DNA of 64,000 nt from the NCBI GenBank assembly GCA_964597545.1, contig CAZQXN010000010.1, positions 140-64,139 on the forward strand. Reading direction: 5' to 3'. Shown here piece after piece: positions 47,054 to 58,389 of the stretch. Position 1 is the first letter of the stretch. The number at the start of each line of letters is the position of its first letter. The notes under the pieces are model-generated. The model was not told where the DNA came from. It saw only the letters and a program-made list of their open reading frames with translations, and searched no databases. The translations under genes and the position numbers were made by a program. The stretch comes from an uncultured Planctomycetia bacterium. GTDB lineage: Bacteria; Omnitrophota; Gorgyraeia; 1-14-0-20-64-10.

Positions 47054-47770
47054 TCACTTGCGCCATTGGCGCAGGTTGCGCAGGAATAGAAAGAACCTAA
47101 AGGTATCCCGAAGCGGGCGAATGAAGCTGAGTTCCCGACGATAGACGGAACTCACCGGAATCGAAGTCACCTGAAAGCCCGCCCAGGCAGCCTTGACCAA
47201 GAGTTCCGACTCAATCTCATAGCGCTCGGAATTTAACTTCACTCTCTTGATGACATCGGCCGAGATCATCCGAAACCCGCATTGGGAATCAGGGATCCAT
47301 TGGCCGGTCATCCGTGAGAGGAGCCACGACATGATCTTATTCGTCAGCCAGCGGTCAAAGGGCATTCCCCGGGGCTTACCCATGCGGTTGCCCAGGATCA
47401 CATCCAACTGACCCACCGCGACCACCTCCATGAAATGGGGAATCTCGCTGGGCAGGTGTTGGCCGTCAGAATCCATCACCAGCACCCAAGAAAAACCCTG
47501 CTTGAGGGCCGCGGCAAAACCTTCTCGAATGGCCCTTCCCTTGCCGCCGTTGACCTTGCGGGTTAAAACCTGGGCCCCGGCTGAGCGGGCCTCTAGTGCT
47601 GTGGCATCGGTGGAGGCATCGTTGACGACAATGACCGGAAGGCCAAAGGCCTTAATCTCCCGAATGAGGCTTCGTATGGTCCGCTCTGCCTGATAGGCGG
47701 CGATGACCACAACAACCTTGACCTTATCAAAACTAGAGGATGACACCCTGCCCCGGCTTCCAGAATTCAT
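47054..47770 (-). CDS. family 2 glycosyltransferase (polyprenol-phosphate sugar transferase-like)
   Basis: VVIAAYQAERTI...VIVVNDASTDAT GT2 DxD-type motif. Confidence 0.8.
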   Translation of the reverse strand: MNSGSRGRVSSSSFDKVKVVVVIAAYQAERTIRSLIREIKAFGLPVIVVNDASTDATALEARSAGAQVLTRKVNGGKGRAIREGFAAALKQGFSWVLVMDSDGQHLPSEIPHFMEVVAVGQLDVILGNRMGKPRGMPFDRWLTNKIMSWLLSRMTGQWIPDSQCGFRMISADVIKRVKLNSERYEIESELLVKAAWAGFQVTSIPVSSVYRRELSFIRPLRDTFRFFLFLRNLRQWRK

Positions 47771-48614
47771 GGAACATGTACCACTGGGTTGGATATTTGC
47801 GGATGTATCGGGTCATGGCATTGAGCGCGCCTTCGGTCAGATGGCGAACTGTCTCTTCGTGAGAGAGCCCCTGCGGGCTCTCGAGGGGTGGCTCGCAGAT
47901 GAACCGGTAGGTGCCATTGTTCTCTCGAACCAAAAAGGCAGGCAGGATGGGGGCCCCCGTTCTTAAGCTAAATGCAGCAGGACCGGTGGGGACCTGAAGC
48001 GTCTTTCCAAAGCAGGGGAGTTTCAGTCCCGACTCAAAGAAATCTCTGTCACTGACTAAGGCCAGGATCTTGTTCTGTTTGAGCGCCTGGATGGCAGACT
48101 CAAAAAAAGCTCGGATGCGTTTGGGCTGCACCGGAAGCCCCATGACCCCGACACGCTGGCGCTGCCGCTGAAACAGGGCATCGACCCGCGGGCTCTGATG
48201 CGTAAAGACCGCCGCATGGATCGGAAAACCAGAGAGGGCAAATACCGCCCCTGCCATTTCAAAATTGCCCAAGTGTGCTGTGATGCCAATGGCCCCTTTG
48301 CCGGCATCCAGGGCAGCCCGGGCATGCTCCAACCCCTCCACCTGGATGAGCTTTGAGATCTTGCGGGCATTGAGCCAACTGAACCGGAAGAAGTCCACCA
48401 GGTAAATGGCGAAATTCCTAAAGACCTCTTGGACCTGTTCTTCCGTGACGCGCTCAGGACCCAATATGGCGGTAAGATTCGCGCGCACCGCCTTGCGATC
48501 TTGAGGAACGCGCTTGCTGTAGCGATCGGCACCCCAACAGGCCAAACCATGGGCCACCCGCCTAGGCAGCAGGAAGACAACAAACGATCCGAAGCGATAG
48601 AGCAGATACAGCAT
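47733..48614 (-). CDS. lysophospholipid/lipid A-type acyltransferase (LpxL/HtrB-like LPLAT)
   Basis: Overall LPLAT architecture with HxxxxD-like GITAHLGNFE region. Confidence 0.7.
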   Translation of the reverse strand: MLYLLYRFGSFVVFLLPRRVAHGLACWGADRYSKRVPQDRKAVRANLTAILGPERVTEEQVQEVFRNFAIYLVDFFRFSWLNARKISKLIQVEGLEHARAALDAGKGAIGITAHLGNFEMAGAVFALSGFPIHAAVFTHQSPRVDALFQRQRQRVGVMGLPVQPKRIRAFFESAIQALKQNKILALVSDRDFFESGLKLPCFGKTLQVPTGPAAFSLRTGAPILPAFLVRENNGTYRFICEPPLESPQGLSHEETVRHLTEGALNAMTRYIRKYPTQWYMFHEFWKPGQGVIL

Positions 48615-49726
48615 CAGTTCCCCAAGATTAGCTTTGCCGTTTCAAGCGCAGAATGGGGCCGACCCAGCTTCTGAGCGCTGGCGCAAACAGACTTTAACTC
48701 AACGGGACTGGTCAGCAAACGTTGAACCAACCGAGGAAGCTCCTCCGGGCGCTTTGCGAGAAAAGCAGCATGGGTTTCAACTAAAAACTGGGCATTGCGA
48801 GCTTCCTGCCCAGGGATGGGGTTGAGTGCAATGATGGCGACTCCTTTGGCCAACGCCTCAGAGGCCGTAACCCCGCCGGGTTTGGTGATGATCAGATCCG
48901 AGACGCTCATGAGGTCAGAGACAAAATCAACATGCCCAAACACCTGGATGGGGTGGCGCAAGCGCGGGGCACGGGTGATCAGCCGGTGATACAGCGTGGT
49001 ATTGGTTCCGGCAACCGCCAACAGCTGCATGGGAACCTTGAGGCGATCGAGGTGGGCAACCGCCTCCAGCATGGGACCTAACCCCTGCCCTCCCCCCATC
49101 AGCAAAACCGTCGGAATTCCGTTAGAGATCTGGAGCCTGCGACGGATCTGACCAACGTCCGGAGCCTCCCCGAAGACCGGATCGATGGGGATCCCGTAAT
49201 GGAACACGCGAGAGGGTGCGACCTTGCGGTCTAGCAGCCATTGCTGGGTCTTCTGGGCTGCAACAATGTAGCCGTCCACCGCATCGTCCACCCAATAGCT
49301 GTGGGGAGAAAAATCTGTAATGATGCCGTAGAGCGGGGTCTTCAACTTGTTCTGGCGCTTGTAATCCGCGACCAATCCGCAGGGAAAGGCCTGGGTGCAG
49401 GCGATGGCGTCGGGCTCAAACTCCTCTAACAAACCCCGCAGGCGGGGAGAATCATAGCGGTGCAGGAGCTGGCGCAGGTTCTGAGACCGGCGGACAATTT
49501 TGGGGTTGTCGTACAGATAATCCCACAACTCCGGCAGCTTTTGGATGACCGAAAGGTACATCTGGTCCACAATGCGGGCCAAGACGGGATTGAGGTATTG
49601 GAAGGCATTGATGGAGAGGACCTGTGCATTCGGGTGGAAGCGTCGAATACCCTGCTCGATCGCTCGGGCCGCCTGGTAATGGCCCGAGCGAACCGTAATG
49701 TACATGAGCAGAATCTTCTGCCGCAT
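48614..49726 (-). CDS. GT28-like glycosyltransferase (MGDG synthase/UgtP-like)
   Basis: N-terminal ILLMYITVRSGHYQAARAI and C-terminal GT-B fold motifs. Confidence 0.65.
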   Translation of the reverse strand: MRQKILLMYITVRSGHYQAARAIEQGIRRFHPNAQVLSINAFQYLNPVLARIVDQMYLSVIQKLPELWDYLYDNPKIVRRSQNLRQLLHRYDSPRLRGLLEEFEPDAIACTQAFPCGLVADYKRQNKLKTPLYGIITDFSPHSYWVDDAVDGYIVAAQKTQQWLLDRKVAPSRVFHYGIPIDPVFGEAPDVGQIRRRLQISNGIPTVLLMGGGQGLGPMLEAVAHLDRLKVPMQLLAVAGTNTTLYHRLITRAPRLRHPIQVFGHVDFVSDLMSVSDLIITKPGGVTASEALAKGVAIIALNPIPGQEARNAQFLVETHAAFLAKRPEELPRLVQRLLTSPVELKSVCASAQKLGRPHSALETAKLILGN

Positions 49727-49734
49727 GGAGTCGG

Positions 49735-50946
49735 CTATCCGGAGATGGCCAGAACCTTCTTGATGCGCTCCAGGGCAATCTGCAGGCGATCCTCCGGTTC
49801 CACCAAAGCAAATCGGATGAAGCCCTCCCCGTACTCCCCAAAACCACTGCCTGGGGCAGTGACCACCCCCGCCTCCTCCACCAAAAGTTTGGAAAATTCT
49901 AGAGAGGTCAGGCCGCTGAATTTTGGCGGAATGTGGGCCCAGATATAGAAGGTGCCCTTAGGCTTCCTCACCTTCCAATCGAGGGCATGGAGCCCCTGCA
50001 CAAAAAGATCTCGGCGCTTTCGGTAGATTTCCACCGTTTCGGCAACGCAATCCTGGGAACCGGTGAGGGCTGCAATCGCTGCCTCTTGAACTGCCCGGAA
50101 GATTCCGAAATCAATGTAGGATTTGGTCTTCTCCAGGGAGCGCAAAATCTGAGCATTGCCCACCGCCCAACCGATCCGCCACCCCGCCATGTTGTAACTC
50201 TTGGAGCAGGTGTGAAACTCGATGCAGTTGTGCTCCTTGGCCCCCTTGACCTGAAGCAGGGAGGGCGCCTTGTAGCCGTCGAAGACCACATCGGAATAGG
50301 CAAGATCCGAGCAGAGGATGATCTCTTTACCGCGAATCCAATCCACGAGCTCCCTGTAGAAGCCGATGTCCACGCAAGCGGTGGTGGGATTGTGGGGGTA
50401 GCCAACGATCAAAAACTTCGCCATCCGGATGACTTCCCGGGTGAGGCTCTTTAAGTCAGGCCGGAAATCGTTTTCCGGTCCAATCGGCATGTTGTAGAGG
50501 ATCCCGCCAGCCATGATGACGCCGTTTCCGTGCACAGGGTAGGCGGGGTTGGGAATGAGGCCGATGTCATCGTTGTTGAGGAAAGCCAGCGAAAGATGGG
50601 CGATCCCCTCCTTGGACCCGATCAAGGGAAGAACCTCGGTGACCGGATCGAGCTTGACGCCGAAGCGCTGATCGTACCACTGAGCGATCGCCTCCTGGAG
50701 GCGCATCTCCACATCGCCGTGCGGCCTGGAATAGCGCTGATTCTCGACCTTGCGGGCTGCGCGGGCCAGCTCCTCAACGACGTGGGGCGGAGTCGGCATA
50801 TCGGGGTTGCCCATCCCCAGATCAATGGGATCCACACCCCGCGCCTGGGCCTCGGCCTTCAGCTCATCAATGATGGTAAACAGGTACAGCGGCAACCGCT
50901 TCATCCGGTTGGCCTCATGCATGTGCAGATCGTCAGGTTTTTTCAT
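49735..50946 (-). CDS. dapL: LL-diaminopimelate aminotransferase (class I/II aminotransferase)
   Basis: LPLYLFTIIDELKAEAQARGVDPIDLGMGNPD N-terminus characteristic of DapL; PLP-lysine region SKSYNMAGWR. Confidence 0.8.
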   Translation of the reverse strand: MKKPDDLHMHEANRMKRLPLYLFTIIDELKAEAQARGVDPIDLGMGNPDMPTPPHVVEELARAARKVENQRYSRPHGDVEMRLQEAIAQWYDQRFGVKLDPVTEVLPLIGSKEGIAHLSLAFLNNDDIGLIPNPAYPVHGNGVIMAGGILYNMPIGPENDFRPDLKSLTREVIRMAKFLIVGYPHNPTTACVDIGFYRELVDWIRGKEIILCSDLAYSDVVFDGYKAPSLLQVKGAKEHNCIEFHTCSKSYNMAGWRIGWAVGNAQILRSLEKTKSYIDFGIFRAVQEAAIAALTGSQDCVAETVEIYRKRRDLFVQGLHALDWKVRKPKGTFYIWAHIPPKFSGLTSLEFSKLLVEEAGVVTAPGSGFGEYGEGFIRFALVEPEDRLQIALERIKKVLAISG

Positions 50947-51854
50947 GAGAGCGCCTCAAAAGCATTGTAAGAAGAACGAACATACGGAGCGCTGGCCACA
51001 AACTCAAACCCCAGTGCCTCACCCTGCCTACGATACGCGTCAAAGGTCTTAAGGTCTATGAAATCCGCAACCGGCCGCTGGGCCGGGGTGGGCTGCAGGT
51101 ATTGACCGATGGTCAGTATCCCACAACCGCTCTCGCGCAGATCGACCATGGTCCGGGTCACCTCGTCGGGTGTCTCACCCAACCCCACCATGAGGCCGCT
51201 TTTGATCTTCATCTGCTTCGGCCGCATCTGACTGGCCAACCGAAGGCTTTTAAGTGACTCGCGGTAACTGGCCTGCGGTCGAATCTCGGGGCTAAGCCGT
51301 TCAACGCATTCCACGTTGTGGCTCAACACATTGGGACCGGCCTCAATCACCTGCCCGAGAAGCTCCTCTCGTGCATGGAAATCCGGCGTAAGCACCTCAA
51401 CTTGAATGTGAGGTGACCGCCCCTTGATGGCCCGAACAGATGCGGCAAATTGCCCGCTTCCCTCGTCGGCCAAATCATCTCGCGTGACCGAGGTCACCAC
51501 CACATACTTGAGCCCCAAGCGCATGACCGCCTCGGCCAGGCGTTTGGGCTCTTCAGCATCCACAGCTGCCGGTTGACCCTTCGAAACCGCGCAAAAGGTG
51601 CAGCGGCGGGTGCAGCACTCACCCAAGATCATGAAGCTCACGTTACCGTGGCTCCAACACTCTCCCAAGTTCGGGCAGCGGGCTTGCCGGCAAACCGTGG
51701 CAACCCCCAACTCCCGAACCAGCGCATGGGCCTGACTCCACTGCCCCTGGATGGCCAAGGGCCGGTGCAGCCACTGAGGAAAGCGAGATCCCTCGGTCGC
51801 TTTGCTCCCTCGGGATGAATTCGGGCAGATCGCTTGCGTTACTTCGTCCCTCAA
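50943..51854 (-). CDS. lipA: lipoyl synthase
   Basis: CPNLGECW and [10 protein letters not shown] iron-sulfur cluster motifs. Confidence 0.9.
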   Translation of the reverse strand: MRDEVTQAICPNSSRGSKATEGSRFPQWLHRPLAIQGQWSQAHALVRELGVATVCRQARCPNLGECWSHGNVSFMILGECCTRRCTFCAVSKGQPAAVDAEEPKRLAEAVMRLGLKYVVVTSVTRDDLADEGSGQFAASVRAIKGRSPHIQVEVLTPDFHAREELLGQVIEAGPNVLSHNVECVERLSPEIRPQASYRESLKSLRLASQMRPKQMKIKSGLMVGLGETPDEVTRTMVDLRESGCGILTIGQYLQPTPAQRPVADFIDLKTFDAYRRQGEALGFEFVASAPYVRSSYNAFEALS

Positions 51855-52945
51855 GCGATGCCCTCATTCAATTTCTTTATGATCGCCTCAGCCATTTGGC
51901 TCGTTCCAACGCTCGTCGGATCATCCCGATTGGGCTTAAGGTCATAGGTCACAGACTTGCCCTCTTTGAGAACCTGGGATACCGCTTGATCCAGTCGATC
52001 GGCTGCGTCATTCTCTCCCAGGTAGCGCAGCATCAACATCCCTGAGAGGATGGTGGCTGCGGGATTGACCTTATTCTGACCTTGGTACTTGGGGGCAGAC
52101 CCATGGATCGGCTCAAAAACAGCGATCCCCTCACCAACGTTAGCTCCGGGGGCAACGCCCAATCCCCCCACCAGCCCCGCGCACAAATCTGAAATGATAT
52201 CGCCATACAGATTCGGCAGCACCAGGACATCGTAAAGTTCGGGCTTCTGAACCAGCTGCATGCAGAGGTTATCGATCAACCGCTCATTAAACTCAATGCG
52301 GCCCTCATATTCCTTGGCAATCTTCCGAGCGGATTCCAGGAAGATGCCGTCGGAAAACTTCATGATGTTGGCCTTGGTGACGGCGGTCACGAGCTTGCGC
52401 CCGTTCTTAACCGCATACTCAAAGGCAAAGCGGACAATCCGCTCCGAGGCAGAGGGGGAGATCGGTTTTAATGAGATGGCGCTGTCCGGCTTAATTTTCT
52501 TGGTACCGTGCCTGCCTACCCAATCGATGAGCTCTTTGACCTCTGGGGTGCCCTGCTCGTATTCGATGCCGGCGTACAGGTCCTCGGAGTTCTCACGCAC
52601 CACCACCAAATCAACCTGAGGGTGCCAAGCGCGCACACCCGGGTAAAGCTTGGTGGGCCGCAAACAGGCATACAGATCCAATGCGTGGCGCAGCGCCACA
52701 TTGACTGAGCGAATCCCCTTGCCGATGGGGGTTGTAATCGGCCCCTTTAAGGCAAGCTTCGTCTTCCGAATGGCCTTGAGGGTCGATTCAGGAAGGGGGG
52801 TGCCATACTTCTCCATGACCTCTTCTCCGGCCTCGCACACTTCCCAGTCAATCTTGACCCCGGTCGCATTGACGCAGTCGCGAGCAGCAAAAGCCACATC
52901 AGGACCGATACCGTCGCCAGGAATTAAAATCGCTTTGTACGCCAT
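51851..52945 (-). CDS. isocitrate/isopropylmalate dehydrogenase family (probably NAD-dependent isocitrate dehydrogenase)
   Basis: [13 protein letters not shown]-terminus, NLYGDIISD metal/substrate motif. Confidence 0.8.
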   Translation of the reverse strand: MAYKAILIPGDGIGPDVAFAARDCVNATGVKIDWEVCEAGEEVMEKYGTPLPESTLKAIRKTKLALKGPITTPIGKGIRSVNVALRHALDLYACLRPTKLYPGVRAWHPQVDLVVVRENSEDLYAGIEYEQGTPEVKELIDWVGRHGTKKIKPDSAISLKPISPSASERIVRFAFEYAVKNGRKLVTAVTKANIMKFSDGIFLESARKIAKEYEGRIEFNERLIDNLCMQLVQKPELYDVLVLPNLYGDIISDLCAGLVGGLGVAPGANVGEGIAVFEPIHGSAPKYQGQNKVNPAATILSGMLMLRYLGENDAADRLDQAVSQVLKEGKSVTYDLKPNRDDPTSVGTSQMAEAIIKKLNEGIA

Positions 52946-52952
52946 AGAGTCC

Positions 52953-54119
52953 TCACAGTTTCTGAATGAATTGATCTAACCGATCCAACCCTTCCAGCAG
53001 CGCCTTCTCCCCCAAGGCAAAGCTTACGCGAATATGGGTATCCCACCCGAAACCAGCCCCTGGGATCACGGCCACCAGAGCCTCCTGAAGGAGCCGCTCT
53101 GAAAACTCGGTGGAAGGTAAGCCGGTCTTGGAGATGTCGACAAAGCAGTAGAAGGCCCCACTCGGCTTGACAAAGGAAACCTGAGGGATTTTGTTCAACC
53201 GCTCTGTCAGCAAATCCCTGCGCTTCTTGAAGGCCGCGGCCATCTGCTTAACCACCTCGGGATCCCCGGTCAACGCTGCCAGGGCAGCCTTTTGGCTGAT
53301 CGAGGTGGGGTTGGAGGTGGAGTGATCCTGCAGCCGGCCGGCAGCCTTTACCGCCTCCTTGGGACCAGCAAAATATCCGATGCGCCAGCCGGTCATGGAG
53401 TAGGTTTTGGAAACGCCGTCGACCACAAAGGTGCGCTCCTTGATCTCGGGCGCCACCTTGGCAATGGAGGGGGCTTCCCCTTCGTAAACCAACTGGGTGT
53501 AGATCTCATCGCTGATGATCCAGAGATTCCGCGCCTGAGCGATCTTCGCGATTCCCTTGAGGCGCCCCGCATCCAACACCGCCCCGGTAGGATTGGAAGG
53601 GGAGTTTACGATAAGGCATTTGGTGTTCGGGGTGCAGGCCGCATCGACCGCCTTGGGATCCAAACAAAAGCCGTTGGCTGCCTCGGTCTTTACCTCAACC
53701 GGCTTGGCTCCGGCCAGGCGGGCCATCTCGGGATAGCTGACCCAATAGGGCGTGGGGATCAAGACCTCGTCCCCAGGCTGAACCAACACCTGCAGGATAT
53801 TGTACAAAGCATGCTTGGCTCCACAGGTGACATTGACCTGTTCAGCGGTATAGGTTAACCCTTGCTCGCGCGCCAGGGTGTCAACAATTGCGCCTTTGAG
53901 CTGCGGCATCCCGGTGGAAGGGGTATATTTGGTAAACCCTTCCTCGATGGCAGCTACAGCGGCACGCTTAATGGCCTCAGGTGTGTCGAAATCCGGCTCC
54001 CCGGCAGCAAGGCTAATGACATTCTTGCCTTGTGCTTTGAGCTGTTTGGCTAAGGCGGTAACACGAAGTGTGGCGGAGGGTTGGACCGCCTGGATGCGCT
54101 CAGTGAGCATGGAGGCCAC
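52953..54119 (-). CDS. aspC: aspartate/aromatic aminotransferase (class I)
   Basis: [16 protein letters not shown]-lysine [10 protein letters not shown]. Confidence 0.85.
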   Translation of the reverse strand: MASMLTERIQAVQPSATLRVTALAKQLKAQGKNVISLAAGEPDFDTPEAIKRAAVAAIEEGFTKYTPSTGMPQLKGAIVDTLAREQGLTYTAEQVNVTCGAKHALYNILQVLVQPGDEVLIPTPYWVSYPEMARLAGAKPVEVKTEAANGFCLDPKAVDAACTPNTKCLIVNSPSNPTGAVLDAGRLKGIAKIAQARNLWIISDEIYTQLVYEGEAPSIAKVAPEIKERTFVVDGVSKTYSMTGWRIGYFAGPKEAVKAAGRLQDHSTSNPTSISQKAALAALTGDPEVVKQMAAAFKKRRDLLTERLNKIPQVSFVKPSGAFYCFVDISKTGLPSTEFSERLLQEALVAVIPGAGFGWDTHIRVSFALGEKALLEGLDRLDQFIQKL

Positions 54120-54128
54120 CTTTTGGGT

Positions 54129-54788
54129 TTAAGGATTCTCGCGGCGCTTGAACAGGTTGCGTAAACCGCCTAAGAACCCCTTGGGTTTTTCCGGCTTAGG
54201 TTCTGTTTTCTTCGGCCCCTTCTCTAACTTGGGCCTTGGAGGAGCTTTGGGCTTAGGGGGGCGTGGAGCCTTGGGGGCAACCTCGGCCTTCTTTGGCTTC
54301 GGTGCAGGAACCTCTTCTTGGGGCTTGCCTGCCTCTGGGGGTGTGGGAACTCCCGCGGGTGCCGCCTGCTCCGGCTCGGGTTCTACTTCTTTCTTCTTCT
54401 CCCGGGTCACGGTCTTGGGCTTGCGCTCCTCAGAAAGCTCAACCAACTCCAAGATCACCAAGCGGGCACCATCCCCAGCGCGGATTCCGTCGTGGAGAAT
54501 TCGGGTGTACCCACCGGCCCGCTTTGTAAAGCGCGGAGCCACCTCAGCAAAAAGCCTACGTACAAGCGTGGGATCGTTGAGGAGCTGACGCGCCCGTCTG
54601 CGGGAAGAAAGGGTTCCCTTCTTGCCCAAGGTAATCAGCCGCTCGACCAACCGCTGTGCTTCTTTGGCGCGCGCCAGGGTGGTCTGAATCCGCTCACTCT
54701 TGATCAGTGCTTGGGAGAGGCTCAAGACCGTGGCCTTGCGCCAGCTCCGGTTTCGGCCCAAATCTCTGGTATGGACAGCGTGTGCCAT
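54129..54788 (-). CDS. rplQ: 50S ribosomal protein L17 with ~90-aa Lys/Pro/Glu-rich C-terminal extension
   Basis: N-terminus RNRSWRKATVLSLSQALIKSERIQTT L17 signature. Confidence 0.9.
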   Translation of the reverse strand: MAHAVHTRDLGRNRSWRKATVLSLSQALIKSERIQTTLARAKEAQRLVERLITLGKKGTLSSRRRARQLLNDPTLVRRLFAEVAPRFTKRAGGYTRILHDGIRAGDGARLVILELVELSEERKPKTVTREKKKEVEPEPEQAAPAGVPTPPEAGKPQEEVPAPKPKKAEVAPKAPRPPKPKAPPRPKLEKGPKKTEPKPEKPKGFLGGLRNLFKRRENP

Positions 54789-54792
54789 GGGG

Positions 54793-55785
54793 TTACGAGG
54801 AAAGCTGCTCCAGTGTGTGGCGATCGAGTTTCATACCCAGGCTCAATCCCATCCCATTGAGGATTTCTGAGATCTCAGAGAGGGACTTCTTGCCGAAATT
54901 GCGGAACTTCAGCATTTCTGGTTCACCCTTTTGGACGAGATCGGCGATCAGCTTGATTTTTGCCTCTCGCAGACAGTTGGCAGAACGGACCGAGAGCTCC
55001 AACTCTGAAACCGGCAGCCGCAGCTTCTCGACGACCTCGGGCGAGAGGGCCTCTTCATCCTCACCGGCATCATCCGACGGCAGATCACCAAAGATCGAGA
55101 AGACCTCCAGGTGCTTCTGGAAGATGTGGGCTGCGGTTAAGAGGGCGTCCTTGGGATTCATGGATCCGTTGGTCCAGACCTCAAGCACCAACCGGTCGTA
55201 GTCGGTCATCTGGCCCACGCGGGTGTTCTCCACATAGAAGTTCACCCGCTTGACTGGGGAGAAGACCGAATCCACCGGGATGACACCAATCGGTTGGGAC
55301 TCCTTGCGATTGCGATCAGCAGGCACATAGCCGCGCCCCACCCCCATCTCCATTTCCAGGTGGAACTTGGCAGGCTTGGTCAGGGTAGCAATGTGCATGT
55401 CGGGATTGAGGACCTCTACGGTTTCATCGGTTGTGATCTGCCCTGCCGTTACCGCGCCCTTCTTCTCTGCTGTAAGGGTCAAGGTCTTCGGAGAACGGGC
55501 GTGAGACTTGAGCACCAAACGCTTGATGTTCATCACAATCTCCGAGACATCCTCTCCCACCCCGGGGAGGCTGGAGAACTCGTGCAGGACCCCGCCAAAT
55601 TTAACAGAGGTCACTGCAGCTCCCTCCAGGGAGGAGAGGAGCACGCGCCGCAAGGCGTTGCCCATCGTCATCCCATATCCCCGCTCAAAGGGTTCAATGA
55701 AAAACTTTCCATAGGTCGGAGAATAGGATGCTTCATCCACTTCAACCCTTGATGGCATTTCAAAATCTTTCCAGGCGATTCCCAT
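54793..55785 (-). CDS. rpoA: DNA-directed RNA polymerase alpha subunit
   Basis: N-terminal dimerisation domain and C-terminal alphaCTD LELSVRSANCL. Confidence 0.95.
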   Translation of the reverse strand: MGIAWKDFEMPSRVEVDEASYSPTYGKFFIEPFERGYGMTMGNALRRVLLSSLEGAAVTSVKFGGVLHEFSSLPGVGEDVSEIVMNIKRLVLKSHARSPKTLTLTAEKKGAVTAGQITTDETVEVLNPDMHIATLTKPAKFHLEMEMGVGRGYVPADRNRKESQPIGVIPVDSVFSPVKRVNFYVENTRVGQMTDYDRLVLEVWTNGSMNPKDALLTAAHIFQKHLEVFSIFGDLPSDDAGEDEEALSPEVVEKLRLPVSELELSVRSANCLREAKIKLIADLVQKGEPEMLKFRNFGKKSLSEISEILNGMGLSLGMKLDRHTLEQLSS

Positions 55786-55804
55786 GCCGCAACCTCCTTA
55801 AACG

Positions 55805-56434
55805 CTATTTTGAGTAAAGCTCGACGATCAAAAGCTCTTGGATGGGGAACTGAACATCCTCGCGACTCGGAACCCCCACCACCGTTCCAAAGGGCTCATC
55901 TGGATGGCGATCCAACCAGGGGGGCATCTGCCGCTCCTTGGTCAACTCTCGGTTTTCCCGTACAATCTTTAAAAGCTTCTCAGACCCGGCTACCCGAACC
56001 AGATGTCCAGCCCTCACTTGAAAAGAGGGTATATTGACACGGCGATCACTCACCGTAATGTTGCCGTGGCGTACCATCTGCCGGGCCTGCGTACGAGAGA
56101 CCGCAAACCCCAATCGAAAGACCACGTTGTCCAAGCGCCGCTCCAAAAGCTCCAAGAGCTTCTCGCCCGTAACCCCTTTGGCGCGCGCCGCTTGAGCGAA
56201 GACTTTTCGGAACTGCCGCTCCAGCAATCCATACATCCTCTTGACCTTCTGCTTCTCCCGCAGCTGCAGGCCATAGTCCGACATCTTTCTCACGCGAGCC
56301 TGCCCATGCTCACCCGGGGGAAAGCTCCGTTTCTGATAGGGGCACTTCTCAGTGACACACTTGTTGCCCTTAAGGAACAGCTTGATCCCTTGGCGTCGGC
56401 AGATGCGACAGGCCGGTCCCAAGTAGCGCGCCAT
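55805..56434 (-). CDS. rpsD: 30S ribosomal protein S4
   Basis: [16 protein letters not shown] zinc-finger N-terminus and S4 domain. Confidence 0.95.
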   Translation of the reverse strand: MARYLGPACRICRRQGIKLFLKGNKCVTEKCPYQKRSFPPGEHGQARVRKMSDYGLQLREKQKVKRMYGLLERQFRKVFAQAARAKGVTGEKLLELLERRLDNVVFRLGFAVSRTQARQMVRHGNITVSDRRVNIPSFQVRAGHLVRVAGSEKLLKIVRENRELTKERQMPPWLDRHPDEPFGTVVGVPSREDVQFPIQELLIVELYSK

Positions 56435-56817
56435 CAGACACGCCTCCGCTTGGGCGGCCGGCAGCCGTTGTGCGGCACCGGGGTGACATCCCGAATGGCA
56501 GTGATGGAAAGACCAGCCGCCTGGAGCGCTCGAATCGCAGATTCTCGGCCTGAACCGGGTCCCTTGACAAAGGCCTCCACCTCACGCATCCCTGCAGCCA
56601 TAGCACGCTTGGCAGCATTCTCGGCAGCCATCTGCGCTGCGAAGGGCGTTGCCTTCTTGGATCCCTTAAAACCGACCAAACCGGTCGAGGCCCAGCAGAC
56701 GACATTGCCCTGCTTATCGGTGATGGTGATAATGGTATTGTTAAAGGTCGCCTGAATGTGGGCAATCCCACTGGTCGCTTGAATCTTTACTTTCTTCTTG
56801 GGTTTCGCGTCCGCCAT
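56434..56817 (-). CDS. rpsK: 30S ribosomal protein S11
   Basis: [19 protein letters not shown]11 signature. Confidence 0.95.
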   Translation of the reverse strand: MADAKPKKKVKIQATSGIAHIQATFNNTIITITDKQGNVVCWASTGLVGFKGSKKATPFAAQMAAENAAKRAMAAGMREVEAFVKGPGSGRESAIRALQAAGLSITAIRDVTPVPHNGCRPPKRRRV

Positions 56818-56862
56818 AATCTCCTCTACATGTCATCCCCACGAATGGGGGACCAACTCCCT

Positions 56863-57270
56863 TTACTTTTTCCCAGTGGTGGGATTCTTCTTCCCTGCTC
56901 CGGCAATCGCACGTCCCCCGACCAACTTCCGGGGCCCCTTCCGAGTCCTGGCGTTGGTATGAGAACGCTGACCACGAACGGGAAGCCCGCGCCGATGGCG
57001 GACACCACGATAGCTGCCAATGTCAATCAAGCGCCGAATATTCTGGGATACTTCCCGTCGGAGATCCCCCTCTAACCGATAGCCCTGGGAAATCACAGAG
57101 CTGATCTGCTTGATCTGAGCATCTGTCAGATCCTTTGCGCGGGTGCCAGGTTCCACGTTGGACTTGCTAAGGATCTCGAGCGATTGGGCTGGACCCACAC
57201 CATACAAATAGGTCAATGCCACATCGACTCGTTTTGCTGCTGGAATGTCAACGCCAATGATACGCGGCAT
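56863..57270 (-). CDS. rpsM: 30S ribosomal protein S13
   Basis: [15 protein letters not shown] canonical S13 start. Confidence 0.95.
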   Translation of the reverse strand: MPRIIGVDIPAAKRVDVALTYLYGVGPAQSLEILSKSNVEPGTRAKDLTDAQIKQISSVISQGYRLEGDLRREVSQNIRRLIDIGSYRGVRHRRGLPVRGQRSHTNARTRKGPRKLVGGRAIAGAGKKNPTTGKK

Positions 57271-57273
57271 GGA

Positions 57274-57387
57274 TTAGCCCTGCCTCTGCTTGTGCCGAGG
57301 ATTCTTGCAGATGACGCGAACCACTCGGTTGCGCTTCACCACCCGGCAACGTTCACAAATTCTTCGCACTGATGCTTTAACCTTCAT
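57274..57387 (-). CDS. rpmJ: 50S ribosomal protein L36 (zinc-ribbon type)
   Basis: Manual translation [37 protein letters not shown]; 37 aa, absent from ORF track. Confidence 0.9.
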   Translation of the reverse strand: MKVKASVRRICERCRVVKRNRVVRVICKNPRHKQRQG

Positions 57388-57400
57388 TCGATCTCAACCT

Positions 57401-57622
57401 TTAGTTTCGAATTCGAAAAGTAATCCGTCCCCGGGTCAAATCGTACGGGGAAAGTTCCACCGTCACCTTGTCTCCCGGAAGAATCCGGATAAAGTGCATC
57501 CGCATCTTCCCGGCAACGTGCGCCAAAATCTTGTGGCCGTTTTCCAGCTCCACCCGAAACATGGCGTTGGGCAGCGCCTCAACCACTTTACCTTCTACTT
57601 GGATGGCTTCTTCTTTTGGCAT
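57401..57622 (-). CDS. infA: translation initiation factor IF-1
   Basis: [31 protein letters not shown]1-like OB fold. Confidence 0.95.
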   Translation of the reverse strand: MPKEEAIQVEGKVVEALPNAMFRVELENGHKILAHVAGKMRMHFIRILPGDKVTVELSPYDLTRGRITFRIRN

Positions 57623-58389
57623 CCTGTCAAAATCTCTGGTTCGGACTCCGTGATTGCAATCGTATGCTCAAAATGGGCTGAGCGTTTCCCATCTCGAGTG
57701 ACCGCGGTCCACCCATCCGAGAGGACCTTAACAGCGAATTCCCCCTCATTGACCATCGGCTCAATCGCCAGGACCATCCCAGCTGCCAACTCCGGGCCGT
57801 ACCCTGGTTTGCCGTAGTTGGGGATCTGCGGCGGCTCATGGAGCTCAACTCCTATGCCGTGTCCGACAAATTCCCGAACCACCGAAAAGCCACCTGCCTC
57901 GGCCTCCTGCTGAATCGCAGCAGAGATATCCGAAAGCCGCCTACCCGGCCGAGCCATTGCAATGCCGCGATAGAGCGCCTGCTCGGTGACGGCCATGAGC
58001 CTGCGGGCCGCATCCGAAACTCGCCCGGCAGCAACGGTGATGGCGGCATCCGCATAATACCCTTCGACCACCGCCCCCAAATCGAGGCTTACAATATCCC
58101 CTTCGCGCAGCCGCCGCTCGGAAGGGATGCCGTGGACCACCTCTTCATTGACCGAACAGCACAGGCTTGCCGGAAAACCTTGGTACCCCTTGAAGGCCGG
58201 CTGCCCTCCGAAACTTAAGACGGTCTCCTGAGCCAAGGCATCCAGCGCTTGAGTTTCAATGCCCGGACAAACGGCCGCATTAAGTGCATCGAGCGCCCCT
58301 GCCACCACTTGGCCTGCCCGGCGGATCTTTGTCAGCTCGCCAGCGCTTTTAAGTGCAATCATCGGCTCTTGCTCAACAACAGGACTCAA
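57595..58389 (-). CDS. map: type I methionine aminopeptidase (likely true start at internal Met near 58362)
   Basis: [17 protein letters not shown] canonical MetAP start; metal ligands D..D..H..E..E pattern. Confidence 0.9.
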   Translation of the reverse strand: MSPVVEQEPMIALKSAGELTKIRRAGQVVAGALDALNAAVCPGIETQALDALAQETVLSFGGQPAFKGYQGFPASLCCSVNEEVVHGIPSERRLREGDIVSLDLGAVVEGYYADAAITVAAGRVSDAARRLMAVTEQALYRGIAMARPGRRLSDISAAIQQEAEAGGFSVVREFVGHGIGVELHEPPQIPNYGKPGYGPELAAGMVLAIEPMVNEGEFAVKVLSDGWTAVTRDGKRSAHFEHTIAITESEPEILTGCQKKKPSK

